Both the position numbers and the translations under genes were made by a program. A stretch of DNA of 63,984 nt, filler included, from Collodictyon triciliatum (lineage: Eukaryota): assembly GCA_043381765.1 (NCBI GenBank). It is 6 parts of 6 records of this genome, joined end to end, with 100 filler letters (N's around TTAATTAATTAA, not from the genome) between each part and the next. Parts side by side here need not be neighbours in the genome. Positions count along the whole stretch, not along the records: positions 29,886 to 43,588 come from JBHJMP010001938.1; positions 43,689 to 57,390 come from JBHJMP010001939.1; 4 more parts are not named here. The stretch is one strand, 5' to 3'. Numbering within the stretch: position 1 is the stretch's first letter; each line of letters starts with the position of its first letter. Under the pieces are notes generated by a model. That model saw nothing but the letters and a program-made list of their open reading frames with translations, had not been told where the DNA came from and made no database searches. Shown piece after piece: positions 36,651 to 51,909 of the stretch.

Positions 36651-37167
36651 CATGGGATAGAGGTTAGACAACAGCTTTTTTGTATTTCCCTTGGCCGAAT
36701 TTATTTGTTTCTCAACTAATTTAATCATTTAAACAGATTCTAATAAAAAAAATTATGAAATATAGATCGTAAGCCATGAGATATAGGTTGGTATATATAA
36801 GTTCTATTTGTTCATATTTTATGCCAAAGACCACACTAAATTTTTTGATATAAGTCATCGAAAAATATGCTCTAGTATTGTAGGATTTAAGTGACTATAA
36901 GAGATAAATATTACGATGGATTGTTTGTTTACAATCACTGCATTAGTAATATAGTTGTCTTTATCTCCTGGATTTCTAAAATACTACTAATAATATGTAT
37001 CGTTCTATTTATTTATTTTTTACCAAATATATCAAATAATTTTTTCATCTCTTGTTTTTTTCAATCATTCGATTTATAAATTCAGATATTCAGTGCTTAT
37101 ATGGTCCCTATTTGTTTAAAATTATTGTTCCAAGTTTCTTTCAAACTCAACAAAATGCACATTTCAG

Positions 37168-37250
37168 AATACTTCTCAGATTTTTTTTTGCCTTTATCCG
37201 ATTCAAAGTGCAGCAAGGTTATGCAATACAAGAGGAAAATACTATTCAGA
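37168..37250 (-). mobile_element. Micro-retroposon insertion, family B (~57 nt, longest copy) with 13-bp TSD (2 mismatches)
   Basis: Reverse complement reads ..gcataaccttgctgcactttgaatcggataaaggcaaaaaaaaa; flanks AATACTTCTCAGA / AATACTATTCAGA. Confidence 0.7.
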
Positions 37251-37674
37251 AATCGATATTTTACGAATATGAGCACCTTTCAGTGATAAAATGCGAACAA
37301 GAAGTGAATATACCGAGAAAAAAAGTGAATACTTTAATTTCACACCATCTTCTGGGAGTTCCCCCTGAAAATATGCACAATAGGCCCACGTAATTTCACG
37401 TCGTGAACAACATTAATACCATTTTGGCCACTGATTAGATTTCTTTGGATTTTTTTTCATTACTTCTCCAGGTGAGGAGCAGCGATGATAAAAATAAACT
37501 GTTGTCATAAGCACATACGTTCATCTAACAGAAAAGGAGCAATTTTTACTCCTTTTAAGTACGAAGCGCTACTTGATTATAGCTGAAGGAACATTTCTAA
37601 AACTATAATTGCGCTAGAATTAATATTTTTGTAGTATGCAATATATAATAGTTCTCGAGTCCTGCTCTTCGATG

Positions 37675-37747
<73 letters not shown>

Positions 37748-38889
37748 TTTTTTTGAAATTTTTTTTTTTTTTTTTTAAAAAAAAAAACTCCATAATTTTG
37801 AAATTAAATTACTGGTGATTTAATAGGATAAGGCCAAAAGGAGAGACAAAGTGCGAATCGGCTGAGCCTCCACTTATCGATATCTTAACTCTGGCTCGAT
37901 TCCAACAACCCAGTAAATACAAGAGTAATTTATTCTGATGAACTGCAGTTTCTTTATAATCCAATCAAACTTTCGAATATTAATAAGAGGAATAATCTTG
38001 ATGCACAATTTTAACTCCATATCCAAGTAAAAAAGCATTAAAGAATTTCACCAACATGTAAAGTGTGGACAAAAGCCTGAAATGTGATGGATGTATCAAA
38101 TAGTTATATATTTTGAATTGGGTCTTTTTTTTTTCTTTCTATTGAACATTATTACGAGAGTAATTACAAGAATACATTGGTCACCCCCAATGTTCTATCA
38201 AAGGTATGCCACATCATCCAGTAGATGAGCGGCCTGTTTTTCTTGCTGAGAAGCCCAAGGATTGTGACACTATTGCTGCATCAAAATTCTTTTTTCCCAG
38301 AATATCATAAGCGAGCTGTGCCATTTAATAGATGCCAAACAACAAGCTCTACTTTTCTGTGAACCTAATCAAATATTACTCGTCATTTCATCACGAAAGA
38401 AAATGGTTGTTCAATATACTATCATATCCAAGGAGCACAGTTTTTTTAAGTACAATATCTAGCGCTCTGAATCCTGTGCCAAAAAAAAAAGCACAAAAGA
38501 TAAATTCCTGAAGAAAAAGCATGACGGGATGCACGGTGGACAAGATGAGAATCCCTCAAGGAAAACATAATATCTGGCGTAAAGGGGCAGTGCGACCTTC
38601 ACGGGGGCCTTGCAGCGTTATCTACTTTCTTTTATAATTATATGCATTAATATTATTCTGCAATTTGCACTATATATATTCATTAACTATTAAACCCTAA
38701 ATTATTCAGATGTTATAAATTCCAGTTATAGAATTAGGTCACTCGAAGCTGGCTCAAGATCAAATCATGAGTGTTGGCGATCAATAGGCAAGCAGGGCTT
38801 CTCTCAACATCATCTCGCGACCAATCGAATGCCTCTGACCCACCACTAGTTTTTGTGAGTAGTACCCAAGAGAACTCTTCTGAAAAAGA

Positions 38890-41800
38890 ATGGCAACGGA
38901 CTCTCCTGGGCGATCTCAGGCTGAACGTGACTTGGAAACTGCGCTTTTTACACTGCAAGGTTTCGTTTTTCCTCATTTCTTTCTTTTTAAAACACTCCTT
39001 CCAATAACCCTTTTGAATGGAAATATGGCCCGAATGAGATGTGAAAATGTAATTTTATCTCCAAAGCACCATGTAAGGCATAATCCCCAGTCTGCACTTT
39101 CCTCTTGTTCCATTTGGTTTTCGTACACTGATTTCTTTCTCTATCACTTGTGTTGTTTTCAGTTTAAAATGACGCGTTTCTCCTAATCCCTTTTATAACG
39201 CTGACGAACCACTTTCTCTGATTTTTTTATCGATGTAATTTATATAAGAGGACATAACTCTATCTCACCCATGCATTATTATTATTATGTGTCGTGGATT
39301 GGGCATATGTGTATAATTTTAGAAAAAGATCGGGCAATCGAGGCTCTCACTCATTCAAATGACTACCTTAAGCTCGATCTGAAAAAAATGCAAAATGGTG
39401 AGACAGTTTTTCTTCCTTTAATTCTTCATATATGAAAAGAAAAATAATCTCAACAAATCCTTTTTTTTAAAAAAAAACAAACATATGTTTCTTACCCTCC
39501 TCCTTACTGCAAGCGTCTGTCTCATTATCTACTTCATCATGCGAAGATCTAGATTCGTTACGGAAAGAGAAAGATGAGGTGATATCTATTTTGAAACAAA
39601 AGATCGACACAATAAGGCAGGCTGGTTTAGTTGACCATGGAAATGAAGTATGTTTAAGATTTGAGTCATGGGTACCATTCTTCAAGATCCTTGATCTTTT
39701 GTCATGCCCCCCACAATTCGACTCACTCTGTGAATGCTTCATTTAGGATGAACAAACGATCATCCAAACGCTTCAAAAATCAATTATTGAAAAAGACTCA
39801 AAGTTCGAGCAGCTCAAGGCACGCTCTAGAGAGCTTTATTCAAAAGACCAAGAAAAGATTCGGTATTTTATCCCTCATATTCCAAAAGATTATTTTTTTT
39901 GATTTAAATTAAGAATAAAAAAAAACCCCAATAGTACACTTGAAGAACATCTGTCGAGATTGGAATCGCAAGTATCTTTAATACAACATGGAGCTAATTC
40001 TGAAAGTGGTACCATTATAGACCTTCAGCGCCAACTGGAAGAAAAAAATAACATTATCATCCAAATCAAGGAAAGAGCCAAAACGCTGTACACCAGGGAT
40101 CAAGAGACTATTCTAAGTCTTAAAAAAGAACTAGAAAGTCTCAAAAATGATGAGACGCGTCCTCTTCCAAAATCTCAGTCAGACAAAGCCTTTCATTTAA
40201 TAGACTTTGAATCAAAGAAAAAGGAAGAATTGCAGTCATTGATCATTTCCCTTCAAAAAGAAAACTCAGAATTGGTGGCATCTTTGGAAAAAAATGAAAG
40301 TGGAATGACTTCCAGAAACTCCGTAGGTCATGAGAAAGAGGCAACTGTATCATCTTCTGATAAATACACAATTAGTGAGGGAACAAAACATGAATCTTCA
40401 ACTGATAAGAGAGTTGAGGATTTGCTTGGGCAAATTGATATGCTGAAATTTAAAGTTCATCAAATTGAGGAAGAAAAAGCAGAAATAGTGCATCATAATC
40501 AAGAAATTATCGAGGCCCTAAAAGAAAAGGCCAGGTCCAAGATAACCGAGCTCAATTTAGTGATCCGAACAAATGAAGACACCATATCTAAACTAACATC
40601 AAGAAATTTAGAGCTGGAAAAAAAGCACTCTTTCGATAAAAACCAGGATTCAACTGACCGTTCCAATCCCGAAACAGATTTGTCAGTTGGTACGGATGAA
40701 AATCATACCAGCCATCAATACACCATTTCTCTTTTACGAGACGAACTGGAGTCTATGCGAAAATCGAAGGAGGAAGAGATCTGCAAACTGAATGAAACTA
40801 TTGAGGCTCTAAAATCAATGGCTAGAGCTAAAATGCAGGCATTAAAAGAGCAAGTGGACGAGCTTAAGAAAGAGAATGAGTCCCAAACAATCCGCACAGC
40901 TGAAAAAGAAAGCATCATCGATGACCTTAAAAGCAAGCTCGCAACTGCTGAGAAACTCTCGGCCGATGCCTCTAATAAAGAGTGGCGGATTATCCAAGAG
41001 CATCAGAAAGAATATGCCTTGTTAAAAAGCACCCTGGAGTCTGCTCAAGTGGACCTAGAAATGCGAGTAAGGGACTTGGAAGAAGAGAAAGAATCAGCTT
41101 GTAGAAAAATCATAGAGTATGAGAAACTGTCTGGGGTAGAGTCCAAATCGAATAGGGTGAGCGATAGCACCGAATTATATGCCGAATCTACCACAGGGGA
41201 GGTAAGTCATGACGGCAGAGACATCCAAACTGAAGCACAACTAGACATTCTCCAGCAGAAAGTAGCCAGTCAAGGGGTCATTATTCTGAACTTATCTCAA
41301 GAAATCATGTTCTTAAAATCAGAGCGTGAATCGACTCTTTCTGTAACGAAAGAACTTGAGGTGGAAAAATATGCATTAGCAAAATCACACTCCAGCCTTT
41401 CTGAGAACTATGAAAAATTGCAAACTGATTTAACGATTCTATCTGATATTATGACACAGCGAGAAGCTAGACTTGCATCACTTCAAAAAGAATTAAATGA
41501 AGAGAGAAGCTCAAAAATACTTCTCGATTCTCAAGTTTCCACTTTAAAGGCTTCTATCGATTTAGAGAGAGAAACAAAGGCTATGGAAGGAGAAGCATTG
41601 ATTGTCGAACTTAAGTTGAAATTAGATGCAGCACTCAAAGAAAAAGAATCGCTATTGGCAAAACAAAATTGCTTGACTGAAAATATCTTAAAGCCAAAAG
41701 CTTCTGTGACAGAGCTCCAAGCCATTATTGCAAGTCTAGAATCTGAGAGAGAACATCTTCATAATCAACTCTCTGAAGCAGAATTCGATATTTCCAAGAC

Positions 41801-43433
41801 GAGAGAACACTACGAGGGTGTAATTGTGGATCTTAAGACACAAATTGAGTCGATTAAAAGAGAGAGAGACCATGCCGTTTCTCAACTTCAGGTAACAATA
41901 TTATCTGCTGTAACTCCTAAAGAAAGTAGCATTTCAGAAAAAAATGCAGCTTCATGTGACAGTGAATTATATGAGATGCAAACTGAAAATGAAAATATGG
42001 CCTTTCGATTGCAGAGATTGCAATCTAGGTTGGTCGAATCCGAGGCTGTTATCAAGAGTCTAAGAGAGGAAATAGAGTATTTGCAAAGAAGTAAGATTGA
42101 TGAAATCAACCGCATGAGCGAATCACTAACATCCTTCAAGGCCGAATCAGAAAGCACTTTGTATCAGCTTAGAGAACAAATTTCAGTTCTTATGAAGGAG
42201 AAAGATGATCTGATCGCCATATCGTCTACTTTGGAACAAAATTTATCTCGAAAGTATGAAGAAATGATTAAAGAAGATAAAATTCGTGCTGATAAAGCCA
42301 GTAAGCAGAATGACGAGCTTCTCTCTCAGGTATCTCGTTTTGACCTTATCAAGGAAAAGGCTAAAGAAACCATTCTTGAGTTACGTCAGAAGGTAAATCG
42401 GCTGGAAAATGAGCGCTCGTCTTTAGTTGATGAGCTTGCCCGAGTGAAAGGGGCTGAAGGTCAGTTCATATCGAATAAGGCTAATGAAATCATACTCTGC
42501 GGTGAAATAGAGCGAGGCTTTATTGCAACCGTCGATAGACTATGTGAGAGCATCCAGAAATGGGCGGCTGAACCCAATCAAACACCCAACCTGACGTCTG
42601 ATGTCGATACTCTCAAAGCTGAACTGTTGGGCTACTTGAATATGGTCGCTTGTAAAATCTCTCGATTTGAGGCAGAGATAACCGAGATGAGTGAAAAATT
42701 TCAGAAGCTTAGCCAAGAATTGCTAGAAAAGGACATTGAACTCCAAAACATTCGTGTGTCATCTCGAAACCCTCGCGGCACTCAATTATCTAATCAGAGA
42801 AGTACGGCACTCGGTGAAGACAACTTTGAACAAATTTACGAGCAGATTATGAAAGAAAGAGTTCAGATTGATGAAATATTTGCGTTTGTGAGCTCTTTGG
42901 ACACGCCAGGACAGCAAAGAGTCGATCAAGAAAAACTCTGCACCTTATTTCAGAAAGTGGGTGAACTCTATGAAAAAAAAGTGGATATTCTTAGATCCTT
43001 GAAGGAGAGACATAATACGTTTATGGTTAGTATTACTGAGACATGCATACATTCCAGGCAATTATGCACCGTTATATGATGTTTAATTTTTACCTAGATC
43101 TTTTGTCATACTATGAAATATTCAGATATTTAAATCATTCTTTGATATACCTAATAAATTACCAGGCCTCAGAGAGCGATATGAGTATTGCACAACTTCA
43201 ATCAAAGGTCTATTATTGTGCTCTTTTTTCAATCCACTTAAGCTCGGTTTACGTGTATGCCGCTTTTCTTTCTTTTCTTTTCTTTTTTTTTGGGATTAAA
43301 TTTAATATTTTTCAGGTCAGTGCCCTGGAAAGTCAATTGAGAGAGAAGGATGTTGAAATTGCTCAAATGAAAATAGAGTCAAAAGTTAGCTACTCCTCTT
43401 TTGGTCAAAAATTCACGGACCTTGGGAAACAAG
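38890..43433 (+). CDS. Large coiled-coil protein (golgin/myosin-tail-like); 3' end probably lost at the contig spacer
   Basis: Small 5' exons (MATDSPGRSQAERDLETALFTLQ|DRAIEAL..), a ~3.1-kb E/K/L/S-rich heptad exon (ORF 39960-43079), then short exons ASESDMSIAQLQSK| and VSALESQLREKD.. Confidence 0.8.
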
Positions 43434-44032
43434 TTGTATCCCCTGTATTTTTCTCCAAGAAAGATGTTAGGCACCACATTTTCTCTCTTTTCTTTTTCTT
43501 TTATCTTTTATCTTTTATCTTTTATCTTTTATCTTTTATCTTTTATCTTTTATCTTTTATCTTTTATCTTTTATCTTTTATCTTTTTTNNNNNNNNNNNN
43601 NNNNNNNNNNNNNNNNNNNNNNNNNNNNNNNNTTAATTAATTAANNNNNNNNNNNNNNNNNNNNNNNNNNNNNNNNNNNNNNNNNNNNGGGGGGGGGGGG
43701 GGGGTTTCTTCTATTTCTGTAACTTTATTTTCCACTTTATGGTTCCCCAGTCAGTTAGCTCACGGACCACTGACTCACAAACGAACAAACAAACAAACGA
43801 ACAAATGGACAAAATCCCATTCAAGAGCCTTCAGATGCTTGATCAGACTTTCTCAGTGGCATAAGCTGTGCACGTTTTGTGTTGTTTTGTGTGTTATTCT
43901 CCTTCGTCTTCCTGTGACCACCAAACCACGAGAGATGAATCAAAAAATGAAAACAAGCACGTTTCTGTTTGGTTATATACAAGTCGATAGCAAAATATAT
44001 ATATAAAATTCGTCACCCTCTAAAAGAAGAAC

Positions 44033-44092
<60 letters not shown>

Positions 44093-44161
44093 AGATAGTC
44101 AGAACTGACAAAAACCAAGAAAAAAAATCGAGGGAACGGATCTGTGACAAAAGGTTCTTTT

Positions 44162-45970
44162 TTATTGCCCCGACAAATATCCCGGAACTATCGAGCGCAA
44201 AGACTTTGGGACAATACCCAGTTGAGCGAAGCCTGGACAATCAGCCGAAACAACGTTGTCCTTGCGAAGCAGCCGAACCTGATCTTGGGTCAGGAGTGGG
44301 GTTGGAAGGAGGCCAAATAGAAGGCCTTGTAGATGTGCAATTGGCCACGGAATGGGGATGAGCAGGCGAGAGCGACCAGCGTACTGTGCATGAATGAGGA
44401 TTCAGGTCAGATTCACAAGGGGATAGTCTTGCCAGACAAGGGGATAATTACACGTGAGTAGATTTTAACAAGGACTTACTTGCAGAGTGAGCTCCATCAG
44501 TTGGCGGAAAGTGAAAACTTCTGGGCCACCGAGCTCATAGATGGCTTGCTTCGTGGAGACGGGGTCACGCAGACATATGATGATAGCGGCAGAGACGTCT
44601 TCTACATAGACAGGTTGGAATCTGGCGATAGATGAAAGGATGAAAGGATGAAAGGATGAAAGGATGAAAGGATGAAAGGATGAAAGGATGAAAGGATGAA
44701 AGGATGAAAGGATGAAAGGATGAAAGGATGAAAGGATGAGGAAAGAATCAGTAGTTCATATTTATGTGATGTATATTATTTGTAACATATGTATTTTACA
44801 TGCCTTGACATTCCCCCTCCAAAGAGCGGAAGACCCGGCAGGAATTTGGAAAGTGTGGCAAATTGCTTTGAACATGATAATGTAAGTGGCATATTATATG
44901 GTGTGCAAATAGCTTGACAAAGCATATGTCTTATATTGTAGGGGGAAATATTTACGTTGAAAAAGTTGTCTTCCGGGCCAAACACTGAAATGCGCAGGGT
45001 GGGAGAGACGCACATATAATAGAAGTGCGTTGATTACAAGTGTCTTGAACCAAGTTGTTGGCATGAAGGAACTGGCTTTATTTTTATTTTTGGTGACATA
45101 TGTTGCAACAAATAAATACATACCTATGCTCGGTCGGAGGACTGACACTGTAGGAAAGTTTTTGAACATAGTCAATTCTCCGGCTCCTTTCGTTTATTCA
45201 TATATTAGTGAAACTTATCAACAAGGATAAGATGTGAAGTTATAGCGATCCGCCGCGCAAGGCATGAAACATGTGATAGGCTATGAATTGTGTGTACTTT
45301 TTGTTTTAGCGTAGTCTGAGTCAGATGAGGAGTTCGCCCCGATGGCGCTAATATGAACAAGGGCCTATGGCAAAAAACATTCATTTTCATATAAGTGATG
45401 GATATGAATGGAAAATATTGAAAGTTACATATAATAGCAGTCGAGCTAGGTAACTGTGTTCCTCACCCAATTCTTGATGAAAAGTACACCGAAATATTAT
45501 ACCTGGAGACTATTTTTTGTGGCAGACTCTGATATATTGGCAGACCCATCAGAGTGTATCGATGAGAACGACTGCGAACCTCTCTCAAAAAGAAGGCCAA
45601 CCTGAGCAAGTGTTGATATCATTATATCTATAGTATTGCTTCGTTGAAATAATCAAAAAGTTTGCAACGAAGAGTCGGACTCTTATACTATAAGGGTATG
45701 CAATATATGTTAAGTTTTAAATAGTATCTCCGTAAGGCTGTCAATTGTATGAGAAGATATCTTACCAGATTAACAGCGCCGTATGCGCCTTTGAGGCTCT
45801 CTTCGACTTTCTCCTTATCTGATATATTTCCCTTGTAATACTCTACGTTTGCAACACTTTTAAATGCAGGAATCCGCTCTCCACTTCTGGTGAAGACTCG
45901 GACAATTGCTCCTTGCTGAGAGAGTATAGGCACCAGATTGCGTCCTACGAATAATAATAACTATAATAAC

Positions 45971-46062
<92 letters not shown>

Positions 46063-46652
46063 GAATAAGAATAAGAATAATAATAAGAATAAGAATAATA
46101 ATAATAATAATAATAATAGTTGTTGTAGTAGTAGATTATTAAAAATTTGTCACCGAAATTAAAAGAGCTCTTGAAAACGAAAAAAAAAAGCAACCTGTGT
46201 ATGGAAGCGGAGGTGTATTTTTTTCGCTTAAGTTTTTATTCATCACTCCCCAATTTTTCTACAAAAACTTAAGCAAGGAAGGAAGCAAACAAAAACAAAA
46301 ACAAAAACAAAAACAAAAAGGCAACGATGATTAAACGAAATACCCAGAAACCCCGAGCCCCCGAAAACTGTGACGATTTTCCCTTCTAAGTTTCCTTGGA
46401 GAAAAATAAAAGTGACGGTGAGGGATCTATAGGCTAGAATGTACCTTATGCGCGCAGCGGAATCATTTATAAAGTTCGTGCAAAAAACAAAAACAAACAC
46501 AAAAAAAAAATATGATCATTTAAAGTACGAAGGAGATGAACATGCAAGACATACACCTTGGCGAAAAGCAAAAGGAAAAAGAAAATGCACGCAAAGACAA
46601 GTTCACCTTTGGCAACAGTTGAATAAGCTCTGTTAAGGAAAACGCCTCTCAT
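44162..46652 (-). CDS. NDUFA9: NADH:ubiquinone oxidoreductase 39-kDa subunit (atypical SDR)
   Basis: Presequence-like MRGVFLNRAYSTVAK, IVTVFGGSGFLG, GAVNLV|GLLFERGSQSF, HISAIGA..SDYAKTK, VLRPS|.VFGPEDNFFN|QFA..LPLFGGG, FQPVYVEDVS, YELGGPEVFTF, LLTQDQVRLL..DNVVS. Confidence 0.9.
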
Positions 46653-46678
46653 GTCTCGCAGCTCCTATTGTCTACACA

Positions 46679-47556
46679 TCATGAAAGAAAGGTTTGATGT
46701 AGAATTTCTGTGTGTCTCCGGTAAGGACCAAGGCTTTGTTTGGCATAGGCGATTTGTGCATGCAGAGGGCGAACATGATTGATAATGAGATCGAACAAAC
46801 GTCGAAAAGGCCACGGAAGCAAGGCAGTCTGGGCTACACCAGCTTCCGAGACAAGAAGAGGTTCGGGTACTTGTTCAGGAAGGTTACTGGCCAGACCGAA
46901 CTATTTTCATGAAGATATAATCGTAATAAATATATATAAATTCGACTTTGTTATCATGTAGGTGTTTTATAGGGTCAGTGAAAGATAAATACTATTCAAC
47001 AAGCATAAATCCATTAATTTCCACAAACAAAATCCATATTTAGCATGAATACGATGGAAACTCGGCCTGAATTTTTTTATAGGAAAAAGGAAAACCTTTC
47101 CCTTTCTTGTGGTAGCACAAAGTCTCTTTTGAATCCCGCCGCACTCGAGTTGCATCCAGCCGTGCCCGACTGCCCAACAGACAGGTAATCCTCCGCCGCC
47201 ATGCAAAACCACCTCCGATACTTTTCCAGAGGCTCTGTGATAGCAGACTGTTCGTCCCAAAGGTGAGACAAGAAGAGCTGAAAAAGTGGTTTGCCTATGA
47301 TGTTCATCATATCTAGCCCAGATGGGAGCCAGAAGAAATATGAACGGCCAGATGCTTAAGTGCATTCAGATTATTCCTACATATCGCGACGCTGGAGCTG
47401 TTGCCAAATGGTGTCGATACCACTTTCAAAGAGACAAACTGACATTTTCGTGGCAAATTTCAACGCTCTATTTTGTTAATGATAGACTTTGGAGTGATCA
47501 ACATTTGGGTCATTATTTGTGGACTCACTTGGGATCTGTACTGCCCATGAAAGACC
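46679..47556 (-). CDS. Multi-exon hypothetical protein between NDUFA9 and RPL35A
   Basis: Phase-compatible exons ..YDEHHRQTTFSALLVSPLG..TTRKGK| and FGLASNLPEQVPEP..ILHQTFLS* (stop 46679-46681); start tentative. Confidence 0.45.
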
Positions 47557-47656
47557 ATCTCCCATCTACCAGATCACGCCTCCTCGTTACGGATCTTTCC
47601 CGTCCGATCTGCTATGTGAGTCTACAACACCTAAGTTCGCCTTTCTTCAGATTCCA

Positions 47657-48095
47657 ATGACTCGCATCAGACTTTTCACCCGCGGAGCCCTCGTCAACTT
47701 CCGCCGCAACCTGCACAACCAGGATCCCTCCACCGTCTTGGTCAAGATCGAAGGTGTCAACTCCCGTGAGGATACCGACTACTATCTTGGCAAGGTATGA
47801 ATCGTTCCGTCCCCGTATGATTTTCTGAAAACTGTCGCCTCCTACGATTCACGCTCAACTTCCTATACTTAACCGCCGCCCTCTCTAAACCTGTTAGCGC
47901 ATCGTCTACGTCTACCGTGCCAAGCGTGCTCGCGCTAGTGTCCGCGGAATCAAGTCCAATATCCGCACTATCTGGGGTCGCATTGCCCGCTCCCATGGAA
48001 ACAATGGCGTTGTCCGCGCCAAGTTCAGCGTCAACCTCCCCGCCAAGGCTCTCGGAGGAGCTGTTCGCGTCATGATGTACCCCAGCCGCACTTAA
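47657..48095 (+). CDS. RPL35A: 60S ribosomal protein L35a (eL33); 2 coding exons
   Basis: Exons 47657-47794 and 47898-48095: [73 protein letters not shown]. Confidence 0.97.
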
Positions 48096-48879
48096 GTAAA
48101 TAGCTAACCATGAACACCTGGTTACCCGCAACACGCTGCCCCATGTCCCTACCGAACTCGCCATACACCTCGCCGAATATAGACACAACCAAATCCTTTA
48201 GTTATCACAAGACTCTTGCGCCGCTGATTGTATGCCGGGTTTCCCCACAGACGAGCCGTGTAGAATTAGTTGAAAGCGTAGGGACACTCCTACAGATTTG
48301 CTATATATCTCGCGGGTGTCGAGACACATGTTTATCATACAGTATGAAGGGCGTCATAAATATTCGTTCTCGGTTGCAACGCGGAATGAAGCACGGTGGA
48401 CTGCGGCTCATTCCTTGCCGCGCCTCAGTACTCGCATTTCCGCTGGAGAATCTGCGCCAACTCTTTTAGCCTGGCGATGGCTGCGATGGATACTTGGTGG
48501 TCTGCTCCAAGCTCGGAGATGTACATCTACGGCAGTTAATTGGTGTTCGAGTCAGCGCACAGAGTCCCATGCCCCTGCCTTATAACTCCAGCATGGAGCA
48601 CCGATGAACAGAAATGGTACCTCCACCGAACGCAGGACAATGGGGTACACCTCTTCGTACACATTGATTTGCAGAGGGTATGGTACCTAAAAATACACAT
48701 ATATTTGTTAAAATGAAGCAATGACGTCTCACCGCCTCTCTCTCACACACACACACACGCTCGACACAAAATTGGGTTAGTGAGGTATCTTTGAAGCAGG
48801 GGATTGAGCTGGGGCGATATGCGCAAGATGTGCCGTTGGGGTTGTGTGAAGGTGCAACGCGAAATTTTCGAAATAGAGG

Positions 48880-50244
48880 GAGATCATAAAGAAACACCCG
48901 CAAACCTCAGTTTTCGACCTGCCTGTCTGAATCTCGTACAGCTGTTTTTGGAGCTTGTCCTGTTGTGTTTAGTTGGTTCATTTTGTGTGTTAATCTTTCC
49001 ATTCTGCCGATTGATTTTTAATTTCTTCCTCAGTTCTCTCTCTTTTTCTTCTGCACATATGTCAGAATAGAAAATAATGAATGCACCATCTTTCCTCCTT
49101 CTCCGTCTTTATCAGATTTGACTTTATTTGCTCGCTTTTGCCATATCTTCGCCTTTGCGCCAAATTGAACCATGCGACCAACATCCTTTATAAAAATATA
49201 AAAGATGAGGGTACTTTTAATAGATGATCGGCCTTTTCTGAGAGTTATTAGAGTGTAGTCATAGAGTCTGGCCTGATTACAATTGAGGTTTTGAGAATAA
49301 ACAAGAGAGAAGAGCATATCACCTCTTTGGCTGCGCGTTTAGTCCATGATGTTTTATGGGGTTCATGCGCAGTAGATAAATATTTTGTTTTATTTATTTT
49401 CAATTAACGAAGACGATCATTAAGTAAACTTTGTAACAATATAGCATTGAGGAGTAAATTCATCATACTCTGGAATACAGGAATTACAGATCAGACCTTG
49501 TACCACACTTATCGAGGGGTCGTTATCTTGTTCTTTATTTGGAGAGCCATTTACATCATCTGGAGGGGAAAATGGCGACAAAATGCGGTATGAGAATAAT
49601 TAGAAATCCAGTGGGTGAATAGAGATATAGAGCTTGGCTATTTTTCTCAAACCTAGGGGGAATGATGTCTTCAAAATGGATATATAATAGATACTTACTT
49701 ATTTTAGTTGAGTGAATCCTACGCGGAGAATCCGACTCTGAAAACATCTGGTTTTCCTGCTCTACATCTGCGTCCGCATCCGCGTTAATTATATCGTGCA
49801 GAGCGTTACCAAGTGAATGAGGCTCTTCATCATTTCTGACGAAAGAAAAAATACATAATCTATATCATCAAATCTTCCTTTACGATTTCTCATGTCTCAA
49901 ACAGAGAAGGGTCTTAATTAAAAGGTTTTTGGATTACATACGATTCTTTCTGTGCTGCATCCATGTTGTTTTGTGCTGAGTCATTCATTAAGCTAATCTA
50001 TTTTGATTTACTTCGTCATTCTATTGTACTGAGGATAACACTTGAAACAAAGGAACAATATTAGGAGATAAAAAAATTCATATTAATCGCGAAATCTAAA
50101 ATACAATAACTGCATGTGATGTTTAATTTCGAATAAGAGAATATGCACTCACTGATGGAGAGTGTCCTAGATAATTTTTATTTTATGGTACGTTGGATTA
50201 ATGAGTCAGTTGGACACTTGATATTAATATAATACAATGTAATT

Positions 50245-50289
<45 letters not shown>

Positions 50290-51045
50290 GATAAAGCGAA
50301 CCTTTGGAATGAACTATCTCTGTGAGTTTTTCCTGTACATTTTGAGATTAAACCGCTATTTTAAAAAGAAACATATACAACCATAACAATATCACAAATA
50401 TATATCGATGATTTCTTTCCGATAAATTGTCATGCATTAGATGGTGAATTTTGCTTCTGATTTTCTCATTTTATTTGGAGTGAAGTACCAAGGCAGACTG
50501 AGCACTTTGGGTGTGTACATTTTGAGATGATTCTATCCTAGGTGGGGTCTCCTGTATATAATAAATAAAATAAAATAGAATAAAATAAAATAAAAGACTT
50601 AAATATAGCCTTACTTGGATCCAAAGTGACTTCCGACACTCTTTTTCTGATAAAGCGAATATGAAATATCAAAACAAACAAACAAACAAACAAACAAACA
50701 AACAAACAAACAAACAAACAAACAAACAAACAAACAAACAAACAAATAAACAAACACATATTATTACCGGTGATATTGAGCGGAGATCTTCGTGTAGATT
50801 GTTCATAGTTCTTCGAGAGTCTAGAGTCTATCCCTTCAGGAATTCCTTTGTTCTTGGAATGCTTTTTTCTCTCCTATAATATATTGTTGTTGAGAAATAC
50901 AGGTGACACATCAAACCCTAGTCGTTATCTTTCACCGCAGTGTCGATTAGAAAATTCCGAAGCCATTACTTTGAAAATATGACTCATTTGCAGTGATCCT
51001 TCTTCAGTTTTCAAAAAAGAAGTATTCATTTGATAATTTTCCATA
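48880..51045 (-). CDS. Multi-exon hypothetical basic/charged protein
   Basis: Short exons with GT/AG borders (DVGRMVQFGAKAKIWQKRANKVK..; ..KTSWTKRAAKE|; TYVQKKKRELRKKLK..); no recognisable family. Confidence 0.4.
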
Positions 51046-51721
51046 ACATTACAGAAAAAGAAAAGAAAACAACAAAAAAACAAAAAAACAGAAAACAAAG
51101 AACATATTGTAACAAAAGAGAAAAAGAAAGAAAAAACGAACGCGACGGAATGATCGGTGGAGCATTTTATTCATCATAGTGTCCAAACAGGAAAAAGGGT
51201 TTTAGAATTTTCCAAAACGTTGAAAGATCATGAAAATGAGGCTAGGCTTTTCCATGTCAACGGCCTTCTTTGCCTCCTTCCTCACAGGACAGATGTGTTT
51301 GCAGGCCTTCATCGTCTTCCGAGGGGATTAGCCGCATCAAAAGCTGCTTGATTCGCATTTCTGGAATTTAACTATTCATTCATACCAAATATGCATAATT
51401 TACAAATGTACACAAAAGGAAATCTAAATTGGTATGAGTGCGCACGGGGAGGGCGAAGCCAAGAGCAGACGAAAGCAGAGCGCTTTGACTTTGGGAGAAG
51501 AAAGCGATGATCCACAAGTTTTTTTTTCTTTTTTTTTGCTGGGTTTGTTAGCATCTTTCAGACTAGAGGGATACGCAAACAGCTTTTATGTTGCGATATG
51601 TGTTCGGTTCGTGTTTGATTGATGTTGCTGCTTTGTTTCTGGATCTGTGCGGTATTGTTTGTGTGCTTGGCCATTCGCTGGGTGCGAAGTGCGAGTATAC
51701 TATTACTATTACTATTACTAT

Positions 51722-51820
<99 letters not shown>

Positions 51821-51909
51821 TTTTGTGGGTGTTCTCGCTGTGACTGGGCCTACCTTTTCGATCATTCTTATGAATGCCTCCTTCTGCTTTAGCTCTAGCG
51901 TTTGCAGTC